Positions 1-10,029 of a DNA stretch of 64,000 bases are shown one piece after another; positions within the stretch are counted from its first letter, which is position 1; every line of letters starts with the position of its first letter. The stretch comes from an uncultured Chloroflexia bacterium (GTDB lineage Bacteria; Chloroflexota; Anaerolineae; CG2-30-64-16): positions 160,001-224,000 of the forward strand of contig CAWEMM010000007.1 of the NCBI GenBank assembly GCA_963810095.1, given 5' to 3'. Below the pieces are notes generated by a model, which was not told the DNA's origin, searched no databases, and saw nothing but the letters and a program-made list of their open reading frames with translations. The position numbers and the translations under genes are program-made.

Positions 1-37
1 CTACGACACTCGGCGGCGTCTTGGCATATAGTGATTA

Positions 38-3000
38 ATGGGGCAGGAGGAGAGGATGGCGTTTCTTAGTCGTCTCCGGGCGGGCGCACGGGGTTTCGCC
101 CCTGCAGCGCTGGTGAGGCACGGACGCGGCTTCCTCGTTGCGGCTGCCCTGCTGCTCGGCGCTCTGCTCCTTTCTTCCTGTGCACCCACGCAGCAGCTGG
201 GCCCCAGGCCCGGCCAGACGCCGCTCGACGCGGCCGAGATCTACCTCCAGCGCTACCAACCCGGCACCAATCCCCGCGTCTTCCAGACCACCCGCATCTT
301 CGACCGCAACGGCACCCTGATCGGGGAGCTGTGGAGCGAGGGCCGGCGCTCCTGGCTGCCGCTCAACCGTTTTTCCAAACAGTTGATCAACGCGACGATC
401 GCAGCCGAAGACTCGACTTTCTACAACAACACGGGCGTGGACACCGCCCGCGTGTATCGGTGCGGCGCTGAAGAATTACGAGGCAGGCGAGATCGTTTCC
501 GGCGCCTCGACCATCACGATGCAGCTTGCCCGCAACCTCTTCCTGGGGCCCGACCAGCGCTACGAGCAGTCGATGGACCGGAAGATGCTCGAGGCGGGCC
601 TGGCGCAGGAGCTGACCGAGCTCTTCACCAAGGACGAAATCCTCGAGATGTACCTGAACCTGGCGAATTACGGCCACCTCGCGTACGGGCCTGAGGCGGC
701 GAGCCAGGTATATTTCGGCAAGCCCGCGTCGCAGGCTGACACTCGCGGAGGCTGCCTTGCTGGCCGGGCTCCCCCAGTCGCCCGCGAACCTCGATCCCTT
801 CCAGAACCTCCAGGGCGCCAAGGCACGGCAGCGCACCGTGCTCGATCTCATGGTGCGCCACGGCTACCTGACCCAAGCCAAGGCGGACGCAACTTACGCG
901 GCGCCCCTGACGCTGAACCCCGACCCGGACCGCCGGGTCAACCTCGTGCCCCACTTCGTCAACTACGTGGCCGACGTGCTCGATGCGCGGCTGGGCGGCA
1001 GCGCGGGGCTGCGCTCGGGGCTGACGATCACCAGCACGCTCGACCTGCGCTTCCAGGCCTGGCGCAGGAGACGGTCGCGAAGCAGGTGAAGGCGCTCAAG
1101 CCCAAGCACGACCTGAGCAACGGCGCGCTGGTCGCCATGCTGCCCTACAGCGGCGAAGTTCTCGCGATGGTGGGCAGCGCGGACTTCAACGATACCAAGA
1201 TCGCCGGGCAGGTCAACGTCGCACGCAGCCTGCGCCAGCCCGGCAGTTCCATAAAGCCGGTGCTCTACGCGGCCGCCATGGACGACCTGCTGATCAGTCC
1301 GGCCACCGTGCTGTGGGACATTCCCGTGTCCTTCCCGATCACGGGCACCAAGCCTTACACGCCGCGCAACTACGACGGCAAGTTCCACGGGCCGGTGACC
1401 GTCCGCACGGCGCTGGCCAACAGTTACAACATCCCGGCCGTCAAGCTCCTCGACGCCGTGACCGTCGACCGCATGCTCAAGGGCGCGGAGTTGATGGGGA
1501 TCCGCAGCCTGTCGCAGTCAGACCGAACTTACGGACTGGCTCTGACGCTGGGCGGCGGCGACGTGACCCTGCTGGAACTGACGAACGCTTACAACGTGTT
1601 GGCGTCGGGGGGCCGGGCCGTGGCACCCGAGCCCATCCTGCAGGCGGTTGACGGTTACGGGCGGCCCGTGCTGACTGCGCGGCGCCCGGCCGGCGATCCC
1701 TTGCAGGCGGTGCGACCCAGCACCGCGTTCCTGCTGACGGATATCTTGAGCGACAACGATGCGCGCAAGCCGATGTTCGGGGTAAACAGCCCGCTGAAGC
1801 TCAGCCAGCCCGCTGCGGCAAAGACCGGCACGACCGACGATTGGCGCGACAACTGGACCCTTGGTTATACCCGCTATCTGGTGGCGGGCGTATGGGCGGG
1901 CAACAGCGACGGCCACCCGATGAAGAACGTGACGCGGCATCGCCGGTGCGGCGCCCATCTGGCATGACTTCATGGAGGCGGTGCTCAAGCAGCCCGACCT
2001 GCTCCGGGTAATCGGCGCAGCCGGTACCACGGACTCCGCGGCCTGGCAGTTTGAGCCCCCGGCCGACATCGTATGGGTGCCCGACGCGTGCCCCCCGCGG
2101 GTAACGTGCCGTAAGGGCGGCGAGATCTTTAGCACCGAGTGGATGGCGGCTGCCGGGGATGCAGGCCCCCTCGCAGACACGGTGATTCTGGCCCAGGCCG
2201 CGCCGGTTTACGTGGGCGGCGGGGGCTGGACGGCGTATTGCCGCACCGAGCCGGCCGCGCCGCGCGCGCTGCTCAGGCTGCCGGGGCCGCTCGGCATCAG
2301 CGGCGCCAGTGCAAGCGGGCCCGCGCCGGGGTCGCAGCTTGCCGCCAACTTGTCGCCGGACTCGGCGGCCGTCGCAGCCGGCCCCCGCGCGCCCCGGCAG
2401 GTCGATGTGCTGCGTGCGGTAGCATGGAGCCTGCGCACCCCCACGCCCGTCGACCTGGGACCCTGTGACCGGCTGGCGCAGACCGTGCGGGAATCAGGTG
2501 CGGGCGTTTCGGCCGGCGCGGATTTGAACGCGGCCGGGAATGCGGGCGCGGGCCCGTTCGCTGCGGCGGTGGCCTCGGTCAAGGGCATTGGCCCGACCCA
2601 GGCGCAGGCGCTGCTGCTCGCCGTGTCGCCCGCTTTGCCACCGGATGCGGAGCCCACAGTCGAGGCGACGCCGGCGATTGAAGCGACGCCCGCCGTGCTG
2701 GCTGCCGCGCCCGACTTCGGTTTCGCACTGGCCCGGGGCATCACGCACGACGACAACTGCGCTGGGCACTATATCCTGGGCTCCGTCATGGCGCGCAGCG
2801 GCGCGCCGATGCCGGGGGTTCATGTCGCGTTGGTGGACGAGTGGGGCAATCGGGCGGACGCGTGGAGCAAAGACGGCGTCACCGACGCGGGACGCTACGA
2901 CTTCCCGATCGGCTCGACGCCCAACCGCTACACGCTCACCATCATCGATGCCAACGGCGCGCCCGTGAGTGCGCCGGTGACGGTCGAGCACCAGCAAGGC

Positions 3001-3048
3001 TACGGCGGCACGCACCGCTGCCACACGATCATCTGGCAGGCGTATTGA
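38..3048 (+). CDS. Class A penicillin-binding protein (transglycosylase + transpeptidase) with C-terminal extension; split by several frameshifts
   Basis: Motifs spread over ORFs 38..694, 519..1967, 757..1089 and 1972..3048. Transglycosylase: AAEDSTFY, STITMQLARNLFL, ILEMYLN. Transpeptidase: RQPGSSIKP (SxxK), ALANSYNIPAV (SxN), AAKTGTT (KTG). N-terminal hydrophobic segment ends LLLSSC. Confidence 0.88.
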
Positions 3049-3070
3049 GCAACGCTGTGGTGACCCTTAC

Positions 3071-3110
3071 GAAACCGGGTTTCGCCTTCCATCGAAAGAA
3101 ACCCGGTTTC
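3071..3110. repeat. REP-like inverted repeat, family A (GAAACCGGGTTTC...GAAACCCGGTTTC); may also act as terminator
   Basis: Arms at 3071-3083 and 3098-3110 are reverse complements and are followed by a T-rich run. A related copy lies at 34176-34223. Confidence 0.75.
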
Positions 3111-3127
3111 TTTGTGTTTGTGTCAGT

Positions 3128-3145
3128 TCGTGTTAAACTACACAA
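3128..3145 (+). promoter_or_regulatory. Possible extended -10 (TGtTAAACT) overlapping a weak Rex-like palindrome upstream of fba
   Basis: TCGTGTTAAACTACACAA compared with the Rex consensus TTGTGAANNNNTTCACAA; several mismatches. Confidence 0.3.
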
Positions 3146-3176
3146 GATATTCGCGAAAGCTAACGAGGAGCACGAC

Positions 3177-4124
3177 ATGATCGTTACCACCGCTCAGTTG
3201 TTCAAGGCCGCCTACGGCAAGTACGCCATCGGCGCGTATAACATCAACAACATGGAGCAGGCGCTCGGCCTGTTCCAGGGTCACATCGCGGCTCAGGCCC
3301 CGTTTATCATCCAGATTTCGAAGGGCGCGCGCAAGTACGCGGGCGTGCCGATGATCGAGGCCATCATCCGGGCGGCCGAGAAGATGTACCCGGAAGCCAT
3401 CTTTGCCGTCCACCTCGACCATGGCGACGAGCAGACGTGCTATGACTGCATCAACTCCGGATTCTACTCCTCAGTGATGATCGACGCGTCGCACGAGCCC
3501 TTTGCCGAAAACGTGGCCATTACGAAGCGGATCGTGGACGCGGCGCATGCCAAGGGTCTGTCGGTGGAAGCCGAAATCGGCCAACTGGGCGGCGTGGAAG
3601 AGGACATCAAGGTTGACGAGAAGAACGCGCACTTGACCGACCCGCACGAGGCGAAGGCGTTTGTCGAGCAGTCGGGCTGCGACAGCCTGGCCGTCGCGGT
3701 CGGCACCAGCCACGGCGCCTACAAGTTCAAGGGCCAGCAGTCCTTGCACTTCGAGGTCATCGAGGCGATCCAGAAGCTGCTGCCGGGCTTCCCGCTCGTG
3801 ATGCACGGCTCATCTTCCGTGCCTCAGGAAGAGGTGCTGCGGATCAATGCCGCGGGCGGGCAACTCGACCCGACGGCTCGCGGTGTCGACGAGAATGAGC
3901 TCCTGCGGGCTGCGTCGCTGGGCGTCACCAAAATCAACATCGATACGGATGGCCGCCTGGTTTGGACGCGGGTGCACCGCGAGTTCTTCCGCGACACGCC
4001 GAAGGAGTTCGACTTCCGGCCGGTAGGCAAGACCTTCGTGGCCGAGTACGCGAAGTTTATCGAGGGCCGCTCCAAGAAACTGGGTTCTGCCGGCCAGTTG
4101 GCCGAGGTGCGGGCCAGCCTGTAA
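3177..4124 (+). CDS. fba: Class II fructose-1,6-bisphosphate aldolase
   Basis: GAYNINNME, VHLDHG, SSVMIDAS, VEAEIG, AVGTSHGAYK, LVMHGSS, KINIDTD. ATG at 3177 follows a GAGGAG RBS. Confidence 0.95.
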   Translation: MIVTTAQLFKAAYGKYAIGAYNINNMEQALGLFQGHIAAQAPFIIQISKGARKYAGVPMIEAIIRAAEKMYPEAIFAVHLDHGDEQTCYDCINSGFYSSVMIDASHEPFAENVAITKRIVDAAHAKGLSVEAEIGQLGGVEEDIKVDEKNAHLTDPHEAKAFVEQSGCDSLAVAVGTSHGAYKFKGQQSLHFEVIEAIQKLLPGFPLVMHGSSSVPQEEVLRINAAGGQLDPTARGVDENELLRAASLGVTKINIDTDGRLVWTRVHREFFRDTPKEFDFRPVGKTFVAEYAKFIEGRSKKLGSAGQLAEVRASL

Positions 4125-4140
4125 TCTCAGACGCGACACC

Positions 4141-4170
4141 AAGACGCCAGGGCCAACCTGGCGTCTTTTT
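4141..4170 (+). terminator. Intrinsic terminator after fba
   Basis: AAGACGCCAGG-gccaa-CCTGGCGTCTT followed by TTT. Confidence 0.8.
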
Positions 4171-4249
4171 GCTTAAGCAGGGCTCGCACAGCATCAGGTG
4201 TATACTGGACGTGTCGTGTCTCGTCGGCACTTCGTGCGGGAGGCGCATT

Positions 4250-4720
4250 ATGAGCACCGGCACCGGTGTAGACCCCTGGTGGGGGGCCGTCACGATCTGG
4301 GCCGTCGTCAACTGCGTGAATCTGCTGCAGTCGGCTGGTTTTCTCTCACGGCTCCACACCCACAACCTGAGCCTGAACCACGCCCTCGGCTATGTCATGC
4401 TGGCACTGGGTGTTCCTGCAGCGGTCGCGCTTGTTACGTTCGTGCGCCAGGCTGCCCCGATTCAGCAATGGATCGGTGCGCTGGTCTACCTCATCTTCCT
4501 CGCGTTGATGATCGTGGTCGACTACGCTCGGCCGGTCGAATTCCGCGATCCACCCCGCCCGGCCATTCTGATCCCCTACCTCGCGCTCTTTTTCGGCGCG
4601 ATCGTGTTGATGGGCCTTCCGATGTACCGGCTCAGCCGGCCGCTGTGGCTGGTCACGGTGACAACGACGATCCTTCTTGTCGTGTCGATGCTCCTGGCTC
4701 GACGCGCCGGCGTGGGCTAG
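4250..4720 (+). CDS. Hypothetical integral membrane protein (about 5 TM helices)
   Basis: ATG at 4250 after GGGAGG; several long hydrophobic segments. Confidence 0.7.
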   Translation: MSTGTGVDPWWGAVTIWAVVNCVNLLQSAGFLSRLHTHNLSLNHALGYVMLALGVPAAVALVTFVRQAAPIQQWIGALVYLIFLALMIVVDYARPVEFRDPPRPAILIPYLALFFGAIVLMGLPMYRLSRPLWLVTVTTTILLVVSMLLARRAGVG

Positions 4721-4750
4721 TGACGGCCGGGCGTAACGCGGGCAGGGCAG

Positions 4751-4769
4751 TGCTATAATCGGCCTTATG
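4751..4769 (+). promoter_or_regulatory. Extended -10 promoter (TGcTATAAT) 7 nt upstream of the ATG; likely leaderless transcript
   Basis: TGCTATAAT at 4751-4759, ATG at 4767, no Shine-Dalgarno between them. Confidence 0.55.
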
Positions 4770-5823
4770 CTCGAGCCGCCACCCATCTCTCACGCGGCCC
4801 TCGCCGCCTGCCTCCGCACGGAGTACGGGCTTCATGACCTCGCGCTCGAGTTCCTGCCGCTTGGGGCCGACCTAAGCGCCGCAGTTTATCGCGCCTCTGC
4901 CCCCGAGGCTCCCACCTACTTCGTCAAGCTCAAGTTCGGCGCGTTTGACGAGATGTCCGCGCTGCTGCCCCGCTGGCTGGCAGAGCAGCAGCCTGTAGGG
5001 GCAAAGGGCATCGCTGAGGTGATGGCGCCTCTGCCCGCAATCTCAGGCCGGCCGTGGGCCGAGACGGCGGACTTCCGCCTGCTGGTCTACCCGTTCGTAG
5101 ACGGGCGCGATGGCTACGAGGCCATGCTGTCCGAGTCCCAGTGGATCGGCTTCGGGCGAGCGATGCGGGCGATCCACGACGCGCCGCTCCCTGCGGCCCT
5201 CGCCCGGCGCGTCGGGCGGGAAGCATACACTTCCGCGCTTTCGAGACGAGCTGCGCCTCGTGATGGAGCAGTTGGGAGAGGGACCGTTACCCGACGCTCC
5301 CGCGAGGCGACTGGCAGCTTTTCTGAACGAGCGCCGGGGGGAGGTCCGTGAGTTGCTGGATCGGACAGAGCGGTTTGCCCTGGGGCTGCGCGCCGCGGGC
5401 CCGCCATTCGTCCTCTGCCACACGGACTTGCACGCGGGCAACCTGCTGCTGGCCGCCGACGGGCGGATGTTCATCGTCGACTGGGATGCGCCGCTCCTTG
5501 CGCCGCGGGAACGCGACCTGATGTACCCGGGGGGCGGCCAGGGCTTTCTGGGGCGGAGCCCACGCGAAGAGGAGGCGTTGTTCTACGCAGGCTATGGGAC
5601 CGTCACCGTGGACCTGCGGGCTGTGGCGTACTACCGGCTCGAGCGCATCGTCGAGGACCTGGCCGCCTTCTGCGCCCAACTGTTTAATCCCGAGGTCGGA
5701 CCGGGGGATGCCGGCAACACAGACCGGGAGCAGGCCGTGCGTTGGGCCATGTCGAACTTCGACCCCGGCAGAGTGCTCGAAATCGCCAATCGCACCGCAC
5801 GGCAAGCAGAGCCCGGGTCGTAA
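4767..5823 (+). CDS. Aminoglycoside phosphotransferase/choline kinase-like family protein (APH(9)-like); frameshift near 5235
   Basis: LPLGAD..AAVYR and YFVKL in the first ORF; LCHTDLHAGNLL (Brenner motif) and IVDWD...APRERDL in the second ORF. Confidence 0.8.
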
Positions 5824-5908
5824 GCGATGTGGTGACACGCCCGGCGAGAATCCCGGGAGGCCTAGCGGCCCGACGACTCGGGCACCGTGAAACCCCGGAT
5901 CGCGAGCG

Positions 5909-6571
5909 TTAGCTCGCGGCGCCGACGCGGCCCGAGCCTGAGATGTGCTGGTTGACGCGCGGCTGGCCGCGGTAGAAGACCGAGCCGCTGCCGCTCACGT
6001 TTACGCCCAGGTTGTTCGTCGCGTTCACCGCGGCCTTGCCCGAGCCGCTGATATGGATGTCCGTGTCGGCGGTCTCGAGACCGCTGTTCTGCACCGAGCC
6101 CGAGCCGCTGATATGAATGGACTGTCTCTCCGCGTGGCCCGCCATGGTGACGTTCCCCGAGCCGCTGATCTGCAGGCTGACCGTTTCCGCCTCGAGGCGC
6201 TCGATCTCGAGCTTGCCGCTGCCCGAAATGCCGAAGCGGCAGGACGCGCCCTGCAGGCCGGCCCCCACGATCTTACCACTCCCTGAGATGCTCGCGCCCG
6301 AGAACTGGCGCAGCTTGATGGTGTAAGTGACCTGCTTGTTGGTCATGAAGATCCATGTGAACCACCAGGTGAGCCACTCCCACCAGGCGAGGTCAAGTCC
6401 TAATACCAGGCAGTCATTGCGCACCTCGCTGCGGATGCGGGCGATGATGGCATCGTCTGCCTCGATCACGAGCCCCTCTGCGTCACCCTGAATCAGGGTC
6501 GCGTCGCCGAAGCCCTGCAGGGCAACCTCGCGAAAACCGGAAACGTCGCGCGTTTCAGTCGTGACAGCCAT
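5909..6571 (-). CDS. DUF2807 / head GIN domain protein (beta-helix repeats)
   Basis: Repeated ISGSG motif, TETRDVSGF N-terminus, SGSGSVFYRGQP near the C-terminus. Confidence 0.85.
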   Translation of the reverse strand: MAVTTETRDVSGFREVALQGFGDATLIQGDAEGLVIEADDAIIARIRSEVRNDCLVLGLDLAWWEWLTWWFTWIFMTNKQVTYTIKLRQFSGASISGSGKIVGAGLQGASCRFGISGSGKLEIERLEAETVSLQISGSGNVTMAGHAERQSIHISGSGSVQNSGLETADTDIHISGSGKAAVNATNNLGVNVSGSGSVFYRGQPRVNQHISGSGRVGAAS

Positions 6572-6682
6572 GGTGCCAACTCCTTAGTAAGCTGTTGCTT
6601 TCGTCTTCCAGTACGCAGAGGCTCGAAGTGGGTTGCACGGATATTCGGACGAGCACGACAAACCCGGGTTCGCGTTTCCTGG

Positions 6683-6798
6683 ACTGATCTGAAATGGGAC
6701 ACTGATACAACTGATTGAACTGATCTGCTCTCCCCCTTGGGCAAGAGATCGTGATAATCAGTCAGATCACTCCAATCAGTGTCCCGTTTCAAATCAGT
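6683..6798. repeat. REP-like palindromic element, family B (ACTGAT/ATCAGT units)
   Basis: Outer arms ACTGATCTGAAATGGGACACTGAT (6683-6706) and ATCAGTGTCCCGTTTCAAATCAGT (6775-6798) match at 22/24 as reverse complements. Internal ACTGAT/AATCAGT repeats. Abuts the pfk stop codon. Confidence 0.8.
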
Positions 6799-7914
6799 TC
6801 AATCTCCGAAGGATATTCCCAGGTCACGAGCGGCCAGCATGGTATCGCTGCCCAGCGGCACGGACTTCATACGCCGGGTGGCTTCGTGGAGGGGCACGTA
6901 CAGGACGTCCGGGGGGTCGATGGCGACCATAATGCCCGACATGCCTTCTTCGAGGGCACGCACCGCTGCCGTGCCGAAGCGGAGCGCGATCAGCCGGTCT
7001 GCAGAGGTGGGCGAGCCGCCGCGCAGGAGGTGGCCGAGCACGACGACCCGCGCCTCACGGCCGGTCAGCGCCTGTAGCTCGGCCGCGACTTTTTCGCCGA
7101 CGCCGCCCAACCGCTCGGCCCGGCCCACTTCCTTGCTCAGCACCGACGCGCTGCCGCCCACCGGCTTGGCGCCCTCGGCTATGACCACCATCGTGAACTT
7201 GCTTCCCTGCGCCTCCCGCTGGTGGATCTTCTGAGCTACCTTTGTGAGATCATAGGGGATCTCCGGGATCAGGATGGCATCGGCGGACCCTGCGACGCCA
7301 CAGTGGAGCGCGATCCAGCCGGCGTAGCGGCCCATCACCTCCATGACCATGACGCGGCCGTGTGACTCGGCAGTCGAGTGCAGGCGGTCGAGCGCCTCGG
7401 TGGCGAAGGCGACTGCGGTGTCAAACCCAAACGTTACGACCGTCTTGTCCAGGTCGTTGTCGATCGTCTTTGGCACGCCGATGATGCGCAAGCCCTTGTC
7501 TGCCAGGGCTGTGGCAATGGCCATCGACCCGTCACCCCCGATCGCAATATGGGCGTCGACGTTGTGGAGGCCGAACGCCCGGACCAGTTCGTCGGTGCGA
7601 TCGATCTCCGTCGTAGACCCGTCGGGCATTCGAACCGGATAATGCAGCGGGCTTCCGCGGTTGGTAGTGCCGATGATGGTTCCACCCAGGTGGGTGATGC
7701 CTCGCACGCGCTCGCGCGTCAGGCGGACCAGCCCGCCTTCAGGGTACTCCTCGGGCATAAGCAGGCCGTTGTACCCGTCGCGGATGCCGACGACCTCCCA
7801 GCCCCGGTTGATGGCGGCGAGGGTTGCCGCCCGGATGACGGCGTTGAGACCCGGCGCGTCGCCGCCGCCGGTGCTGATGGCGATCTTGTGAATGGGGGTG
7901 GGTGGGGTGGTCAT
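6799..7914 (-). CDS. pfkA: 6-phosphofructokinase, PfkA family (mixed/group III clade)
   Basis: TGGGDAPGLNAVI, GGTIIGT, GGDGS, PKTIDND, EVMGRYAG, LGHLLRGG. Confidence 0.93.
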   Translation of the reverse strand: MTTPPTPIHKIAISTGGGDAPGLNAVIRAATLAAINRGWEVVGIRDGYNGLLMPEEYPEGGLVRLTRERVRGITHLGGTIIGTTNRGSPLHYPVRMPDGSTTEIDRTDELVRAFGLHNVDAHIAIGGDGSMAIATALADKGLRIIGVPKTIDNDLDKTVVTFGFDTAVAFATEALDRLHSTAESHGRVMVMEVMGRYAGWIALHCGVAGSADAILIPEIPYDLTKVAQKIHQREAQGSKFTMVVIAEGAKPVGGSASVLSKEVGRAERLGGVGEKVAAELQALTGREARVVVLGHLLRGGSPTSADRLIALRFGTAAVRALEEGMSGIMVAIDPPDVLYVPLHEATRRMKSVPLGSDTMLAARDLGISFGD

Positions 7915-8083
7915 GGCTTGTCTCTTTCACATGGAGAAGGGAAGGCTGCCGGCGTCAATCCAGGCGTTGTGCGCCGGCGGTCCCCGCACTTGCTTTCTTT
8001 TCCGTTCGCCTGTGCGCCGAGCACGGTTCTCGGCCTGCCGCCGGCCGTTAGTCAGCCGGTCGCTGTTACTCAGCCGCCGGCTG

Positions 8084-9010
8084 CTAGCCAGCCGCACGCT
8101 CTTCTGCTTGCCGCGCTTCGATGTCGGTCCGGCTCGGAATGCCCTGGCGCCCGCCGGGGCGGGTGGCCTTCAGCCCGGCGGCGGCATTGGCCGTCTCGAG
8201 GGCGTATTCAATCGTCGCGCCGCGCGCCAACTCGGCCGCGTAGGCCCCGTGGAACACGTCGCCGCAGCCGGTCGTATCGACGACGTCCACCTTGAGCGCC
8301 GGACGGTGCTGGATCCGCATGCTGCCCTGTTCGACCCACCAGTACCCGTGCCCGTCGGCCGTCACCGCGGTCAGCGCCTGGTCGCGGCGCAGCGCGGCCA
8401 GCGAGTGCAGGGCCGCTTCCGGGTCCTTCTCGCCTGTCGCTGCGGTGGCAAACACTCGTCCCACGATCAGATGGTCGACCTCGCGCAGCGACTCGGCCAC
8501 GCCCGGACGCAGCTCTTCAAGGTCGGCGACGGTGGGAACGCCTGCTTGCCTGGCGAGTTGGAGGATGTGCGACGAGAGCTCGCCGATCGTATGGTCGAGG
8601 AACACGACCCGCGCCTGAGAGATCAGCTCGGGACCCACCTCGTCCGGCGTCAGCTGCTGGACGCCGTCGAACGAGTACAAGATTGTCCGCGTGCCGCCTG
8701 CCCGTTCGACCAGGATGATCGAATGGATCGGCCGTGCCGCGCCGAAGCGGATCACCGGCTCAATGTCGACGTGGGCCTTGTTGAATTCCTCCAGCGTCCA
8801 CACCGACAGGTCGTCGAAGCCCAGCACGCCCGCCCACGCCGCACGTGCTCCCAGCCTGGTTGCCGTGACCAAAGCCGTGCCGGCCATCCCACCGCCGTCA
8901 CGCGCCTTTCCGCGCATCGCAACCTTGTCGTCCGCCTGTGGGTAGCGGTCCAGGTACACCAGGTCGTCCACTGCGACCGCTCCGAACCCCAGCAGATCCC
9001 AGCGTTTCAT
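8084..9010 (-). CDS. PfkB/ribokinase family carbohydrate kinase
   Basis: GGMAGTAL near the N-terminus; C-terminal signature VVDTTGCGDVFHGAY; ANAAAG. Confidence 0.88.
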   Translation of the reverse strand: MKRWDLLGFGAVAVDDLVYLDRYPQADDKVAMRGKARDGGGMAGTALVTATRLGARAAWAGVLGFDDLSVWTLEEFNKAHVDIEPVIRFGAARPIHSIILVERAGGTRTILYSFDGVQQLTPDEVGPELISQARVVFLDHTIGELSSHILQLARQAGVPTVADLEELRPGVAESLREVDHLIVGRVFATAATGEKDPEAALHSLAALRRDQALTAVTADGHGYWWVEQGSMRIQHRPALKVDVVDTTGCGDVFHGAYAAELARGATIEYALETANAAAGLKATRPGGRQGIPSRTDIEARQAEERAAG

Positions 9011-9108
9011 GGTTTCCTCGCTCTCTCTTCACCAGGTTACGAAGAACACGCAGCTCACAAAGTCACTTGCGAGGCTTTATGGCGCTTCGGGTTTGTGGTT
9101 TTCTGTTG

Positions 9109-9918
9109 CTAGCTCATGCCCACCTGCGCCAGCGCCTCGGCAGGCGTGCGGCGCTCGTGGATGACGGCCTTGAATGCTTCGACGTTGGCGGTGATGTTCG
9201 GGAAGCCCCAAACGTTCCGGCCAATCGTCGCGCCCAGAGCGCCCGCCTCGACGACTTCCCACATCGCCTGGAGGGCATCGGCCAGCGTGCTGGTCTTGGG
9301 GCCGCCAGCCGCAACCAGGGGCACGGGGCAGTCTTCGGCAATCTGGCGGTGCGCGGCCAGGTCGCCGCAATAGGGGGTCTTCACCACGTCGGCGCCCACC
9401 TCCACCGCGCAGCGGGCCGCCCACGCGATATCCTCGGGCGTATACGAAATGCTGACGCCGCCGTTCGCATCCCAGCGTCGCGGGTAGATGTGGCAGATGA
9501 CGGGCAGGTCGAAACGAGCAGCGTCGCGGACTGCATCCGCCACTGCTCGGAGTGCGGCCCCTTCCGTCGCGCCGCGAATGAAGGCGGCCACCGCGTACGC
9601 ATCGGCGCCGAGCCGGACCGCGTCCTCCGGCGTCGCGAAGATCTCGCGTGCCATGTCATCGTTCTTCACACCCGACCCCTGGATAATCAGCGGCGCCTGG
9701 CCGGCGTAGGGCGCCCACAGGGAGGCAGCAATACCCTTGTGCATGGTGACTGCATCCGGCCGGGCGGCCATGATGGCAGCCAACGTCGGGCGGATATGGA
9801 GGAGGCCCGGCGGCATGTCCTGGCCGTAGCCGAGGAGGTGGTCGACCGCGATGGAGCAGAAGCGGCCCGACGGATGGGAAAAGATGCGCTTCAGGCGAAT
9901 GGTTTTGCCGAGATTCAT
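9109..9918 (-). CDS. Class I aldolase, DhnA/LsrF/AroA' family
   Basis: MNLGKTIRLKRIF, IAVDH, EDAVRLGADA, GADVVKTPY (Schiff-base Lys), VAAGGPK, GATIGRNVW. Confidence 0.88.
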   Translation of the reverse strand: MNLGKTIRLKRIFSHPSGRFCSIAVDHLLGYGQDMPPGLLHIRPTLAAIMAARPDAVTMHKGIAASLWAPYAGQAPLIIQGSGVKNDDMAREIFATPEDAVRLGADAYAVAAFIRGATEGAALRAVADAVRDAARFDLPVICHIYPRRWDANGGVSISYTPEDIAWAARCAVEVGADVVKTPYCGDLAAHRQIAEDCPVPLVAAGGPKTSTLADALQAMWEVVEAGALGATIGRNVWGFPNITANVEAFKAVIHERRTPAEALAQVGMS

Positions 9919-9946
9919 TGCGTGGCTGGCTCCTAAGTTGACGCGG

Positions 9947-10023
9947 GCAACACAAAGACGGCGAGGCACAACGATTTACAGGCGCCACGTCCAAAACGCT
10001 GTGTCATCGTGCCTTTGTGTTGC
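9947..10023. repeat. REP-like palindromic element, family C (CACAAAG...CTTTGTG)
   Basis: Perfect 11-bp arms GCAACACAAAG / CTTTGTGTTGC. A degenerate relative lies at about 9039-9098 and a clear copy at 63574-63658. Confidence 0.7.
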
Positions 10024-10029
10024 TGGCTT

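Noticed and set aside
4767-5823. Calling the phosphotransferase an antibiotic resistance gene
   Set aside because: Only fold-level APH motifs are visible; the substrate cannot be assigned and there is no mobile context.
5909-6571. Repeated GCCCGAGCCGCTGAT DNA motif
   Set aside because: Explained by the ISGSG repeats of the DUF2807 protein.
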